64,000 nucleotides of DNA from a bacterium (GTDB lineage Bacteria > UBA8248). The stretch is from contig CBDCRP010000003.1 in the NCBI GenBank assembly GCA_965221165.1, positions 1,824,001-1,888,000 of the forward strand, in the 5' to 3' direction. The notes under the pieces were generated by a model. The model saw only the letters and a list, made by a program, of their open reading frames with translations. It was not told the origin of the DNA and searched no databases. The translations under genes and the position numbers were made by a program. Position 1 is the first letter of the stretch, and the number at the start of each line of letters is the position of its first letter. Positions 40,187 through 56,229 of this stretch are shown one piece after another.

Positions 40187-40212
40187 GGGCGGACACACGG
40201 GTCCGCCCCTAC
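40187..40212 (-). repeat. GTAG-family REP-like element (right flank of mrr)
   Basis: Reverse complement GTAGGGGCGGACCCGTGTGTCCGCCC, 1 mismatch to the 39064 copy. Confidence 0.75.
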
Positions 40213-40254
40213 GGAACCATCACGCCCCGAGGCGGCGCCTGCGATTCGAGACGC

Positions 40255-40290
40255 AAAAAACCCCGCCGGCGCGTACACCGGCGGGGTTTT
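40255..40290 (-). terminator. rRNA operon terminator
   Basis: AAAAAACCCCGCCGG...CCGGCGGGGTTTT immediately downstream of 5S. Confidence 0.85.
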
Positions 40291-40298
40291 GATTCATA

Positions 40299-40414
40299 TT
40301 CCGGCAACGACCCACTCTCCCACGGAAAGGACCGCAGTACCATAGGCGCTGGTGGGCTTAACTGCCGTGTTCGGGATGGGAACGGGTGTGGCCCCGCCGC
40401 TATAGCCACCGGAA
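40299..40414 (-). rRNA. rrf: 5S rRNA
   Basis: CACACCCGTTCCCATCCCGAACACGG, TGGGAGAGT conserved motifs. Confidence 0.95.
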
Positions 40415-40516
40415 ATTCTCTGAAAATTCCGACAATCAAATCGCGTGGTTGGCGTCATTAAGTTCTTGCTGCTACCCGGCTGAAAACCGATGAAAGATTC
40501 GACGATAATTTCAATC

Positions 40517-43512
<2,996 letters not shown>

Positions 43513-43666
43513 AATCTTGAGATTTCGGATTCTCAGCCAATACTGAGAGCCTTAATGATTATGCCAATTCACGCGATTCGATTGTCAAAGAGCAAAAGGC
43601 GGAAGAAACTCCCGCCCAAATTGCTGAAGAATTGAAATTCGCCGCTACGGGCGCCGCCGGATCGGA

Positions 43667-43742
43667 TGGTGGAGATGAGCGGGCTCGAACCGCCGACCTC
43701 CTGGTTGCAAACCAGGCGCTCTCCCGACTGAGCTACATCCCC
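43667..43742 (-). tRNA. tRNA-Ala(TGC)
   Basis: GGGGATGTAGCTCAG...TTTGCAA...TCTCCACCA in ITS. Confidence 0.95.
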
Positions 43743-43867
43743 ATACTGAAATCCGTTTCAGGGACCGGCCCGCGACGATGAGCCTGCGCGGTTCCACTCA
43801 ACGGTTCATCCACGCCGTCACTTCCCGGCGCCTCATGCTATGCGTTTCATCCCCATCCATTCTGGTA

Positions 43868-43944
43868 TGGTGGGCCTACCTGGATTTGAACCAGGGACCT
43901 CGCGCTTATCAGGCGCGCGCTCTGACCAACTGAGCTATAGGCCC
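43868..43944 (-). tRNA. tRNA-Ile(GAT)
   Basis: GGGCCTATAGCTCAG...CTGATAA...GGCCCACCA in ITS. Confidence 0.95.
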
Positions 43945-44265
43945 GCGACCTCGCCCGCGCGGCCTGAAAATCAGGTGCTCGCGCCGAGCTTCACCCAGGC
44001 ATTCAGCCGAAATTCACAAATCCTTGAATTCGGAATAATCCGCATACCCGCTGTGGCGTTATTCTTAAGAACAGGATATGGACGGCCCGAGACGGGCCAT
44101 CGACCTTGAAGCGCCGATTCGTCTTGCAATCATCCTGCGATACGCCAAAGGCGTAAGGCGGCGTCGCACGATCCTCAGGCAAGAAAGCGACCCGCGTCAT
44201 CGGATGACGACAACGGCCTCTCGCTATCTCCCCTCCCGTGCTTTTTGAAAACGAATCATTCAGCA

Positions 44266-45822
<1,557 letters not shown>

Positions 45823-45945
45823 TGATATTTCTGATCCAAAGAGAAAAACACCAAACCGGTTTCCCGGCAGGCTTCCCATCCCTTTGGGTTCAATCGGGAA
45901 TTGTACTACTAGAGCCCGTTCAGGTCCGTCACATATCCTATTCTT

Positions 45946-46199
45946 TTTTCAAAGAGCAGTTCTTCTCGAAACAAGAAGGAAAACTTAGAATATCAATGGT
46001 TGGCAACTCGTGTCAACCAAAAACTCTTGAATACATGCCAAGAAAAAAGCCGTTCAGCGAGCCCTTTCCCACCCGGGAGAAGCTCCTGAACCGCTTGCCG
46101 CCGTGGGCCATGAAGCCCGCCGGGGCCTGCGCATATCGCTTGAAGTTTTCTTGTCTTTCCAGGCTGGCGAACTATAGTGTTTTCAAATGGCTTTGTCAA
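45946..46199 (-). promoter_or_regulatory. Tandem rRNA promoters P1/P2 and boxA
   Basis: P1 TTGACA(46199)-17-TATAGT; P2 TTGACA(46016)-18-TATTCT; boxA TGCTCTTTGAAAA at 45946-45958. Confidence 0.75.
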
Positions 46200-46329
46200 A
46201 GAAAAAATTTATCTTTTTGCGCTTTTTTTCAAGTACCCGAAAAACCTTGCATGTATTTGTTTTTATTGAATTTTTTCTTTCTACTCAAACCGTAGGCCCG
46301 GGAAGAGAGAAAATCACCCCGAATTTTTT

Positions 46330-48084
46330 CTAGCCGACACCGCCCTGTTCCGCGAAGGCCGTGGTCGTGGGCGTTTTGTCGGGTACGGGCGCAGCGGCGT
46401 CTTCGCCGACCACCTCCTCACGCCTCGGCGTCACCTCTCCATTCTCGAGCGAGAGCACGATGTTGCAACGCCACTCCTCATCGATCTCGGGGTAGTCCAT
46501 CCGGAAATGTCCGCCCCGGCTCTCCGTGCGCACAAGGGCCGCCACGGCGAGCATGCGCGCCACGCCGATCAGGTTGTGGGTTTCCTGAATTCTCCTCATG
46601 CAATCGAAACGCTTGCGGGGACTCTCGCCGGCCACCGCGGCCCCCTCGTTCTCGGCTTCTAATTCATCGAGCCGCGCGAGGGCTCCCTCGAGCCTCGCCG
46701 CCTCGCGAATCTGCCCGATCCCCTCCACCCCTACGCACTGCACGTCCAGACGAAGGCGCTTGTCGTCGGGGCCGCTCGCCCTCGCCTCGCGCGCGCGCAG
46801 TTTCTCCAGCCCCTCCTGCCAGCCGCCGCTTTCGGGGTCTGGTTTTTCGAGCCGCGCTCCCTCGCAGGCGGCCCCTATCCCCGAGCGAAGCCCGAAGACG
46901 TAGCTGTCCGCCAGGGCCGCGCCGCCCGTCCGGTTCGCCCCGTGGATGCCGCCGGCGGCCTCTCCTCCCGCGTAGAGACCCGCCAGGTTCGTGCGGCCCC
47001 ACTCATCTATCCGGATGCCGCCCAGGTACGTGTGCGGACCGCTCGCCACCTCGATGGGAGAATCCGCCATGTCTACGCCCTGCGTCTTGAAAACGCGGAT
47101 GATGTCCGCCGTGGCGCCTTCGTTCACCTCCTCGATGACATGGCGCGCGTCGAGGTAGATGCCGTGGTTCTCCGTGCCGCGTCCCTCGAAAATCTCCATG
47201 CCCACGCCCCGGTTCACCACGGCGCGCGTGGCGCGCTCGCCGCGCTCGGGGTCGTAATTCCACATGAAGCGCTCGCCGTCCTTGTTGTACAGATAGGCGC
47301 CCTCATTGATGAAGCCGCTCGTGTGGGGCGGATAGCCCCTGATCTTCAAGGGTGCGGCCGTGAGGAGTTGATAGTCGATGAACTCCATGTCGATGAGTTC
47401 GGCCCCCGCGCGAAGCGCCATGGTGTAGCCGTCTCCCGAGATATAGGGCGGCGAGTCGTTCACCTCGTGCAGCTGGGGAGCGCCGCCCGTGGCCATGATG
47501 GTCGAGCGCGCGTGTACCACGATGGGCACGCCCTCGCGGTACAAATACCCCCACGCGCCGACGACGCGCTCGCCCTCTTTCAGGAGGTCGACGAAAATGG
47601 CGTGCTGGATCGTCTCGACGTCCCATTCCCTCATCTTTTTGGCCAAAGACTGCATGAGCGGCTTGCCCATCAGCTTTCCGCAGTGAAGAAGGCGCGGGAA
47701 ACGATGCGAGGCGCTATTTTTCTGGTCGTATTTGCCGTCTTCCAACTTCACGAGCCCCAGACCCCAACTGTCGAGCTCGATCGTCCTGTCGATGGCCTCC
47801 TCGCTCATGAGCCGCATCAGCCGGTGATTGCAGATTCCGTAGCTCGCCTCGATGGAATCCTCATACAAGAACTCGGGCTTATCGGTGGGATCGGAGTGGG
47901 CCATCGCCGCGGTGTAGCCGCCGCGCGCCATGGATGAGCTGCCGGAGGGAAACGTGGCTTTCGTGATGAGAATGGGCTTGACGCCGGAGCGAATGCAACC
48001 CACCGCCGCCATCATGCCGGCGACGCCGCCGCCGATGATGAGCACGTCCGTCTCGATCTTTCTGACTTCTGGAAATGGACTCAA
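46330..48084 (-). CDS. FAD-dependent oxidoreductase, SdhA/FrdA/NadB superfamily
   Basis: IIGGGVAG, MATGG, GDG, HTYLGGI, GGIHGANR, RTESRGGHFR; TTG start after GGAGG. Confidence 0.88.
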   Translation of the reverse strand: MSPFPEVRKIETDVLIIGGGVAGMMAAVGCIRSGVKPILITKATFPSGSSSMARGGYTAAMAHSDPTDKPEFLYEDSIEASYGICNHRLMRLMSEEAIDRTIELDSWGLGLVKLEDGKYDQKNSASHRFPRLLHCGKLMGKPLMQSLAKKMREWDVETIQHAIFVDLLKEGERVVGAWGYLYREGVPIVVHARSTIMATGGAPQLHEVNDSPPYISGDGYTMALRAGAELIDMEFIDYQLLTAAPLKIRGYPPHTSGFINEGAYLYNKDGERFMWNYDPERGERATRAVVNRGVGMEIFEGRGTENHGIYLDARHVIEEVNEGATADIIRVFKTQGVDMADSPIEVASGPHTYLGGIRIDEWGRTNLAGLYAGGEAAGGIHGANRTGGAALADSYVFGLRSGIGAACEGARLEKPDPESGGWQEGLEKLRAREARASGPDDKRLRLDVQCVGVEGIGQIREAARLEGALARLDELEAENEGAAVAGESPRKRFDCMRRIQETHNLIGVARMLAVAALVRTESRGGHFRMDYPEIDEEWRCNIVLSLENGEVTPRREEVVGEDAAAPVPDKTPTTTAFAEQGGVG

Positions 48085-48180
48085 ATCCCGACCTCCGCCG
48101 CGCCCTGTACGCGGAAAATTACCCGCGACCCCTACAGTGAAGCCAAAGGACAACGAATTCGCGCGATTCGGAATCTTCGA

Positions 48181-49008
48181 TTATTGCCTCGCCAAAAACG
48201 CGGAGATACCCTCCGTCACCGCATCGGTGTCTTCAATCGCCATCAGGTGCCCCACGCCCAGAACCACCATCTTTTCGGCGTTTTCAATCTTCGCGGCCAA
48301 TTCGTCCGCACAGGCGTGGAAGCCGGACAAATCCTTCTCACCCACCATGATGAGCGTGGGCGCCGTGATTTTGCCGGCGATGTTCGCGAGCGACGTGTCC
48401 TGCGGGGGGTTCTGGTCGAGCCAATGCGCACCCGTGTAGGTGAGAAGCATGTCCTCCGCCCAATCGGCGGCGTCCTCGTTTTCTCCCAGGGAGGCGAATA
48501 TGGGGAGGTCCGCCCAGTAATCTTTGGCCGCTCGCAGCCCCTCCGCTCTCAGGGTGGCCATGGTCTGGAGCCTCTGGTCGGCGAACTCGGGCATGAAACG
48601 GGGAAAATCATAACCCGGCCCCATCGCGATGACCGAGGCCGTCTTGTCCGGATGCGCCGCGGCGAAGCCGAGCGCGACCCCGGCTCCGCGGCTCAAGCCC
48701 ACGAGGTGGGCCTTGGGAATACGGGCGTATTCAAGCAAATCGGCCAAGTCCGCCACTTCGACGTCACGGCCGTAGCCCGTGGGTGGTTTTTCCGATCGTC
48801 CATGTCCTCTCAAGTCGTACGTCACGACCCGGTGCCCGCCCCGGAGCGTGAGTTTCTGACGCTCCCACAACGAGCGATTCAACCCATGCCCGTGCAGGAA
48901 GACGATGGGGGGACCCGGGGTGTTCAAGCCGTTGTCGTCGTAGGAAATCTGAACTCCGTTGCATACCGCTTGCGCCACAGGAATCGCCTCCGGCGGGATG
49001 TTGATCAT
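48181..49008 (-). CDS. Alpha/beta hydrolase
   Basis: FLHG, DLRGHGRS, GLSRG, GEKD, GH. Confidence 0.88.
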   Translation of the reverse strand: MINIPPEAIPVAQAVCNGVQISYDDNGLNTPGPPIVFLHGHGLNRSLWERQKLTLRGGHRVVTYDLRGHGRSEKPPTGYGRDVEVADLADLLEYARIPKAHLVGLSRGAGVALGFAAAHPDKTASVIAMGPGYDFPRFMPEFADQRLQTMATLRAEGLRAAKDYWADLPIFASLGENEDAADWAEDMLLTYTGAHWLDQNPPQDTSLANIAGKITAPTLIMVGEKDLSGFHACADELAAKIENAEKMVVLGVGHLMAIEDTDAVTEGISAFLARQ

Positions 49009-49325
49009 CCAAACCCCTCCGCCCGGCTCCTCCTCGAGCCGTCCCGCGTTGGCGGCCGGGTTGGGTTGGAAAAATTGTGTATACAATGATTTGCGGTGAT
49101 CCGCAAAGCGCCGGGCGGACTTCGGCGCGCATCTCCGGGGTCCGACCAAGGACTCCGCCTCCTCGTCAGGGACGGAAATTTCGCGGCGCCCTTCAAAAAG
49201 GGGGTCTTTTGCGCCAGAATGCGGACCGTTCTCTTTCCCCGGTGGAAAAGAAAAGGATTTTCATCGAACGCGCACGCATCCGGCGCGAATCATCAAGACA
49301 CGGCGCGCTTTCGAGAAGGGCTCTC

Positions 49326-49703
49326 ATGAAACTCACCTACGAGCACGCGCACATCCTCCATACGGACCACGACGAGGCGGTGCGCTTCTACCGCGAAATC
49401 CTGGGCGCGCGCATCGTCGACTCGCGCGAGCGCAAAGGAGCGCCCCAGACCAAACTCATGGCCGGAGGCGGCATGCTCATCGTGCGGGGCGTCGACCACA
49501 TCGGCTTTTACGTGGGAGAAGGCGAACTCGAGGCCGCTCGCGCGATGCTCATCGAGCGCGGCGTCCCCATCGTGGAAGAAGACGACATGCCGCACCTCAA
49601 ATATCTCTACTTTCAAGGGCCGGACGGCGTGGTGATCGAACTCATGGAAACGAAGGCTCCGCTTCCCGCCTCAACCGGCCCGGAGCATAGCGAGGAGTTA
49701 TAA
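49326..49703 (+). CDS. VOC/glyoxalase family protein (possibly internally shortened)
   Basis: HAHI...AVRFYREILG...DHIGF...YFQGPDGVVIELME. Confidence 0.8.
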   Translation: MKLTYEHAHILHTDHDEAVRFYREILGARIVDSRERKGAPQTKLMAGGGMLIVRGVDHIGFYVGEGELEAARAMLIERGVPIVEEDDMPHLKYLYFQGPDGVVIELMETKAPLPASTGPEHSEEL

Positions 49704-49707
49704 GCTC

Positions 49708-50460
49708 ATGGAAAAAGCGCGCACGTTGATGGAGATGACGAACCCCGAGGCCGAGAAGATTCTGGAGGAAACCGGCCTCGCCATCCTGCCCCTGGGCAGC
49801 GTCGAGCAGCACGGCTCCCACCTGCCGATGGGGACCGACTACTACGCGGCGGAGTCTTTCGCGCGGCGGGTCGCGGCCATCACCGGCGGATTACTGGTGG
49901 ATTTTTGTCCCTTCGGCGTCACGCCCCTGCACATGGGCTTCGGCGGCAAGGTGTCGCTGCGCTCCGAGACCATGATCCGCCTGATGCGCGACGTCGTGAG
50001 CAGCCTCCACCGCCACGGGGCGAGGAAGGTGGTGTTCCTGAACTGGCACGAGCGCAACCTGCCGGCGATGGAGATTGCGGCGGAAGACGCCCAGAACGCG
50101 CACGAGGGCTTGAGAATCCTCATCGTTCACGCGCATTTCATCGCAAAGAACCTCTATGGCCGGAAGGTGGGCCTGACCCACGGCGGTGAACTCGAAGTCC
50201 TGCCCGTGCTCGCCGACAGGCCCGAACTCGCGCATCTGGAACTCGCCACGGACCCATCCCCCATGGATCACGGAGAAAAAAACGACGCGGCCCGGCGCGA
50301 CCCGGCGGTCTACTATATCCCCAAGGACGTGCGCGATATGTACGAATCGGGCTGGTACGGCGTGATAGAGGATACTTCGCCTGCGCGCGTCGCCGAGGTC
50401 ATGAACGGGGTATCGCAGGAAGCGGCCCGGCGCATCAAGGCGTACTTCGGGTTGGCGTGA
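49708..50460 (+). CDS. Creatininase family amidohydrolase
   Basis: PLGSVEQHGSHLPMGTD, NWHERN, HGGELE. Confidence 0.88.
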   Translation: MEKARTLMEMTNPEAEKILEETGLAILPLGSVEQHGSHLPMGTDYYAAESFARRVAAITGGLLVDFCPFGVTPLHMGFGGKVSLRSETMIRLMRDVVSSLHRHGARKVVFLNWHERNLPAMEIAAEDAQNAHEGLRILIVHAHFIAKNLYGRKVGLTHGGELEVLPVLADRPELAHLELATDPSPMDHGEKNDAARRDPAVYYIPKDVRDMYESGWYGVIEDTSPARVAEVMNGVSQEAARRIKAYFGLA

Positions 50461-50622
50461 TACGAGGGGGCACTCTCTTCATTCGCACAATAACAATTTC
50501 ACCTGTATTCCCACGGATCAAAAAACGCCCGCCGAGTGGCGGGCGCTCTCATGTTTCCCCCAAACCCCGCAGGAGATATGTGTTTTCCGGATCAGTAGCC
50601 TCGTATGCGACACCCCCCCGGC

Positions 50623-52029
<1,407 letters not shown>

Positions 52030-52399
52030 GCGTCCGCTCCCATTTTGTTGAAATCCGGTTGAAATTCGCTTTGTTCTCGAAATGTTCGCTTTGGTGATGA
52101 GGTGAACCGCCTTCAAGAACATCAAGGGGGCATGACGCGCCAGACCGTCATCAGGTCGAGACGGAATTTGAGTCGGCATACGCCCCTCTAGGCTGGGCCG
52201 TGACTAGCGTACAGATGTGGCATTAGAGCATGGGGAGGGCGGCGATTCAAGAAAAAACTTTACCCGCTTCTTCCATCGCCGAGGCCTACTCACGCCATGC
52301 AGTTCTTCGGGATTCGAGTTTCACGGGTCATTTTCAGAAGTGGCGCAAGAGAAAGAAAAGGCCTGGCCCGCTCAGAGTTCTCGCAAGGCTCCTTGAAAC

Positions 52400-52999
52400 C
52401 TATGCAGACGGATTCGGCAGCGGCAAGAGGGCTTCGGCCTGGGAAACAATGGATTGCGGCTGACTCTGATCGGAGGACACGCGCGCCAGCACCCTGAGGC
52501 CGAGGAACAGGCCGAGCAGGGATTTCGCCGTCTGGTCCGGAACAACTTCCGGGCAGATTTCCCCACAGGCTTGGCCCCGCTCGATCGAAGCGCGAAGGAA
52601 GTCCTCCATGCCGGCGAATGCGTTGCCCACGAACGAGACCACCTCCGCATCGTGCAGCCCCAGTTCCAGGGCCGTGTTAACTTCGAGGCAGCCGTCGTGC
52701 GCACCGTTCTCTCCCGCGTCTGAGGCGGCGGCCTCAAACATGGACAGCACCGCTTCGCGCGGTGAGGGATGCTTTTCAAGCTCCGCAATCGGGTCTTCCC
52801 GGTAGATGCGGTCGTAATGACGCAGCACCTGAGCGAACATCTGACGCTTGTCACCGAACGCGTGGTAGAGGCTCCCGCGCAACAGGCCCGTGGCCTCCTC
52901 AAGATCACGGATCGAAGTCGCCGAGTATCCATGGCGCCAGAACCGGAACATCGCCTTCGTCAGTACTTCGTTCAATGCGACCTTTCGCAATTTTCCCAT
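52400..52999 (-). CDS. TetR/AcrR (NemR/ComR-like) transcriptional regulator
   Basis: FWRHGYSATSIRDLEEATGL.RGSLYHAFGDK, GCL.VN. Confidence 0.9.
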   Translation of the reverse strand: MGKLRKVALNEVLTKAMFRFWRHGYSATSIRDLEEATGLLRGSLYHAFGDKRQMFAQVLRHYDRIYREDPIAELEKHPSPREAVLSMFEAAASDAGENGAHDGCLEVNTALELGLHDAEVVSFVGNAFAGMEDFLRASIERGQACGEICPEVVPDQTAKSLLGLFLGLRVLARVSSDQSQPQSIVSQAEALLPLPNPSA

Positions 53000-53486
53000 A
53001 CTGTTCTCTCCTCGTGTTTTCTGCCGAGCCGCAAATTCCATGCTATGCCATTCCACAGATGCAGATCAAATCCTCGGAGCGCAGGGAGAATCCTGCACGG
53101 CCCGGGAGAGGGCAAGTTCCAGATGGGCGCAGCCTGCGAGTCGGGTTGCGGGGGTGAACTCGAAAGTTTCTTGATGGGCGCAGTCGCTTCAACGAGCGTC
53201 TCCCGGCCTGAGGCGTGCCGGACCACCAACGAGGCGAGTTGACGCTCATCACGGAGGAAAAAGCTCCACTGATGCAAAATGGAAACGGGTATAACGCCCT
53301 TCGGCGCACGCGGAGATGAGATCGTCCACGGTCTCACGCTGCGCGGCATCATGCGCCGGCAGGCTTCTCCCCCGCTACTCAGAACGAATACTTCATCACC
53401 AGGCCCAATCCCAAGGAACGGACGTTATCCATCTCGACGTCGTATAGAACCGGAGTGCCGCCGGGCGCGGTGAACGAGGAAAGAAT

Positions 53487-53520
53487 AAAAAAGCGCCCGC
53501 CGGACGGCGGGCGCTTTCAC
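53487..53520 (-). terminator. Intrinsic terminator after the AhpD-like pair
   Basis: AAAAAAGCGCCCGCCG-gac-GGCGGGCGCTTT. Confidence 0.8.
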
Positions 53521-53534
53521 GTCAATGGCGAAAC

Positions 53535-54140
53535 TCAGGCGGGCAGGGGCACGTCTTTCCCGTAAATTTTCTCGGACTGCGCCTGCGTCACGACGTTTCC
53601 CTCCGGATCGTGTATGGGATAGGCCTTGAGCGTGCGCATGAAGACCTGGAGACCATAGTGAAGCGCCACCATCGCGCCGAGTTCCATGATCTGGGCTTCC
53701 GAGAAGTGTTTTTTGCCCTCGTCGTAGAATTCCTTGTCCAGCTTTTTGGCGTCTCGGTACATCCAGTAGGAATAGCGAAGCGCCCATTTCTCGGCGTCTG
53801 AGAACTGCGGGTCGTTCTCGAAATCCCCGCAGGCGGCCTCGATGCGCTTCTCCGTCAGGCCCTCTTTTTTCGCCTGCTCGGAGCGCAGGTTCGCGAAGTA
53901 GGTGTCCTGTGCGGTTCGGGCGAGCTGGATGCGGACCATCTCCTTGAGCTTGTGGTCCACCCCGCCCATGGCGTGGGAGCGGTGCATGGCGTCGTGCATG
54001 GCGGCGGCGTAGCCGGGCGCATGCGCCATGATGCGCGAGAACAACGCATCGGGCGCCTGGGTTTCGGCGGTGCGCTCCATGACGCGCATCCAGTTCTTAT
54101 CGTCAATCGCTTCGGGTTCGAGCGGCTCGATAATCGGCAT
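53535..54140 (-). CDS. AhpD/CMD-like protein lacking the redox motif
   Basis: VDHKLKEMVRIQLARTAQDTYFANLRS, FSDAEKWAL, HFSEAQIMELG. Confidence 0.8.
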   Translation of the reverse strand: MPIIEPLEPEAIDDKNWMRVMERTAETQAPDALFSRIMAHAPGYAAAMHDAMHRSHAMGGVDHKLKEMVRIQLARTAQDTYFANLRSEQAKKEGLTEKRIEAACGDFENDPQFSDAEKWALRYSYWMYRDAKKLDKEFYDEGKKHFSEAQIMELGAMVALHYGLQVFMRTLKAYPIHDPEGNVVTQAQSEKIYGKDVPLPA

Positions 54141-54149
54141 GTCTTCCTC

Positions 54150-54812
54150 CTAGCTTCCGTTGGCTTGCTGCGCTTCACCCTCTTCGAGAGCGCGGGCGAG
54201 CGGGCCGCTCAGGTGCGAGACGGGGCAATCCCCATAGATGCGGCGCGATTCCTCCTGGCTCACCAGCCGGCCGTCGGGGGAGAACATGGGGTAGAAATCG
54301 AGCGTTCTGAAAAAAGTGTGGTAGCCCACGTTGAAGCCGATGAAAGAGCCTAATTCCACGATTTCCTCATCCGAATAGTGGTCTCTGAGCCTCGCGTAGA
54401 AGGCCTCGTCAATCTTCTCGGGTTCTGAATCCATGAGCTCGCTGTATTCGAGAGCGAGTTTTTCGGCTTCGGTGAAATTATCGCTGTCGCTCCAGTTGTC
54501 GATGCCGTCGTCTATCAGCTCCTCGGTAAGGCCCGCCTGCTTCGCCGAAGCAGAACGCACGTTCCCTCAGTAGTTGCAAAAAGCGCGGCGCGAGAGTTGA
54601 ACGCGGATGATCTCCTTGAGCTTGTGGTCGATGACGCCGGTGTTGAACACCGTGCCCCAGGCGAGGTACATCGATTTCGCCAAGTCCTCGTTGTGGCCCT
54701 GCATGGCGTGAAAGGCCGGGTCGGGCGCGCGGTGCTTGAGCGCCTTGTTGACGAAAGGAGCCAGCTTCGTCTTCTTCAGGTCCCCGATGTCGAGCATGGT
54801 GATATTGGACAT
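54150..54812 (-). CDS. AhpD/CMD-like selenoprotein, CxxU; TGA at 54567-54569
   Basis: IDHKLKEIIRVQLSRRAFCNY-TGA-GNVRSASAKQAGLTEE joins ORFs 54567..54812 and 54150..54560 in frame; hairpin at 54537-54553. Confidence 0.85.
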
Positions 54813-54861
54813 ATAAGAATCTCCCTAAAATGAAGTGCGAGATAAATTTTCGTTTATCGAC

Positions 54862-56229
54862 TCAAGCGCCGCTCTCCGCCTGAACGCGGCGCAAGGCGGA
54901 GTCGAGGGCGGACGCTGCGCGCTCGGCCTCTTCTTCGGTAAAGACCAGCGGCGGGCTGATGGTGACGGTGTTCGAGGGACCCGCCGCGATGCCGGAGTTC
55001 TTGCCGAAAATAACGCCCGCCTCCTTGGCGTAGGCCAATACCCTGGAGGTGGCCGCCGTGGACAAGGGCGCGCCGCTCTCTTCTATCAACTCCACACCCC
55101 AGATGAGGCCCACGCCTCTAATGTCGCCCACGCAGGGGATGTCGGCGAGTTTCCCCAAAAGTCCGCCCAGGTAGGCGCCCACCTTCGCGCCGCGCGCGGG
55201 CAACTCCTCGTCCATCATGATTTCGAGATTCTTGAGCGAGGCCGCGCAAGCGGCGGGGTGCCCGCCGTAGGTGTTTATCTGCAGGAATCCCGAATCGCCC
55301 TCCGCGTTTAAAGCCTCGAATATTTCGTTCGTGGTCGCAGTCGCCCCGATGGGCAGGTAGGCGCTGCTCAGCCCCTTGGCCATCGTCATGATGTCCGGCT
55401 CGACCTCATAGAGATCGGAAGCAAATAGCTCCCCCGTGCGCCCGAATCCGGTGATGACCTCATCTGCGATGAACAACACGCCGTGGTTCCGGCACACCTC
55501 GCGCATGCGTTTCAGGTAATCCGCGGGCGGGGGAATCACCCCGCCGCCGCCGATGACGGGCTCCGCGATAAACGCCGCCACGGTCTCGGGGTCTTCGTAG
55601 CGGATGACCTCGTCGAGTTCGTCCACGCACCGCTGCGCCAATTCTTCTTCGGAGCCTGCGTTGCTGCGGTAGAAATAGGGGGCGCTCACGTGAATCACGC
55701 CCGGAAGGAGCGGTTCGAACATCGCGCGCCTGAGCGTCTGGCCGGTGAGGCTCGCGCCGCCGATGGTCGCCCCGTGATAACCCTGGTGGCGGGCGATGAT
55801 TTTATACCGCCTCCCGCCGTTCAGACGTCCATAGACGCGGGCCAGCTTGATGGCGGTGTCCACGGCTTCCGAGCCCGAGTTCACGAACCAGACGCGCTCG
55901 ACCCCCTCTGGCAGCAGGGAAGCGAGCCGCTTGGCGAGCCTGGCTGCCGGCGGGTTCACCTGCGTCAGCGGATAGTAGGCCAGTTCGAGCATCTGCTCGT
56001 ACGCCGCCCGGGCGACCTCGTCGCGCCCGTAGCCGATGTTCACGCACCAAAGCCCCGCCATGGCGTCGATGTATTCCTTACCGGAGGCGTCCTGGATGGT
56101 CGAGCCTTTGGCTTTGACCACGACGTCGAGGGGATTTTCCTCGATTCCGGAATGGTTCATGAGCGGATGCCAGACGTGCTCCTTGTCCATCGTCCGCAGG
56201 GATTCGGCTTCGGCTATGGCTGGGTTCAT
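54862..56229 (-). CDS. Class III PLP-dependent aminotransferase (omega-transaminase-like)
   Basis: DAMAGLWCVNIG, SGSEA, YHGAT, FIADEVITGFGRTG, MAKGLSS. Confidence 0.92.
   Translation of the reverse strand: MNPAIAEAESLRTMDKEHVWHPLMNHSGIEENPLDVVVKAKGSTIQDASGKEYIDAMAGLWCVNIGYGRDEVARAAYEQMLELAYYPLTQVNPPAARLAKRLASLLPEGVERVWFVNSGSEAVDTAIKLARVYGRLNGGRRYKIIARHQGYHGATIGGASLTGQTLRRAMFEPLLPGVIHVSAPYFYRSNAGSEEELAQRCVDELDEVIRYEDPETVAAFIAEPVIGGGGVIPPPADYLKRMREVCRNHGVLFIADEVITGFGRTGELFASDLYEVEPDIMTMAKGLSSAYLPIGATATTNEIFEALNAEGDSGFLQINTYGGHPAACAASLKNLEIMMDEELPARGAKVGAYLGGLLGKLADIPCVGDIRGVGLIWGVELIEESGAPLSTAATSRVLAYAKEAGVIFGKNSGIAAGPSNTVTISPPLVFTEEEAERAASALDSALRRVQAESGA

Noticed and set aside
49470-49505. 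Internal deletion in the VOC gene (LIVRG-VDHIGF)
   Set aside because: The linker looks short, but this cannot be separated from natural variation without an alignment
52060-52100. ANTAR dual-hairpin motif upstream of amtB (two CAAAGCG copies)
   Set aside because: Flanking bases do not close hexaloop hairpins
53279-53360. MaoC dehydratase remnant (TPFGAR..IVHG)
   Set aside because: Too short and degenerate to support
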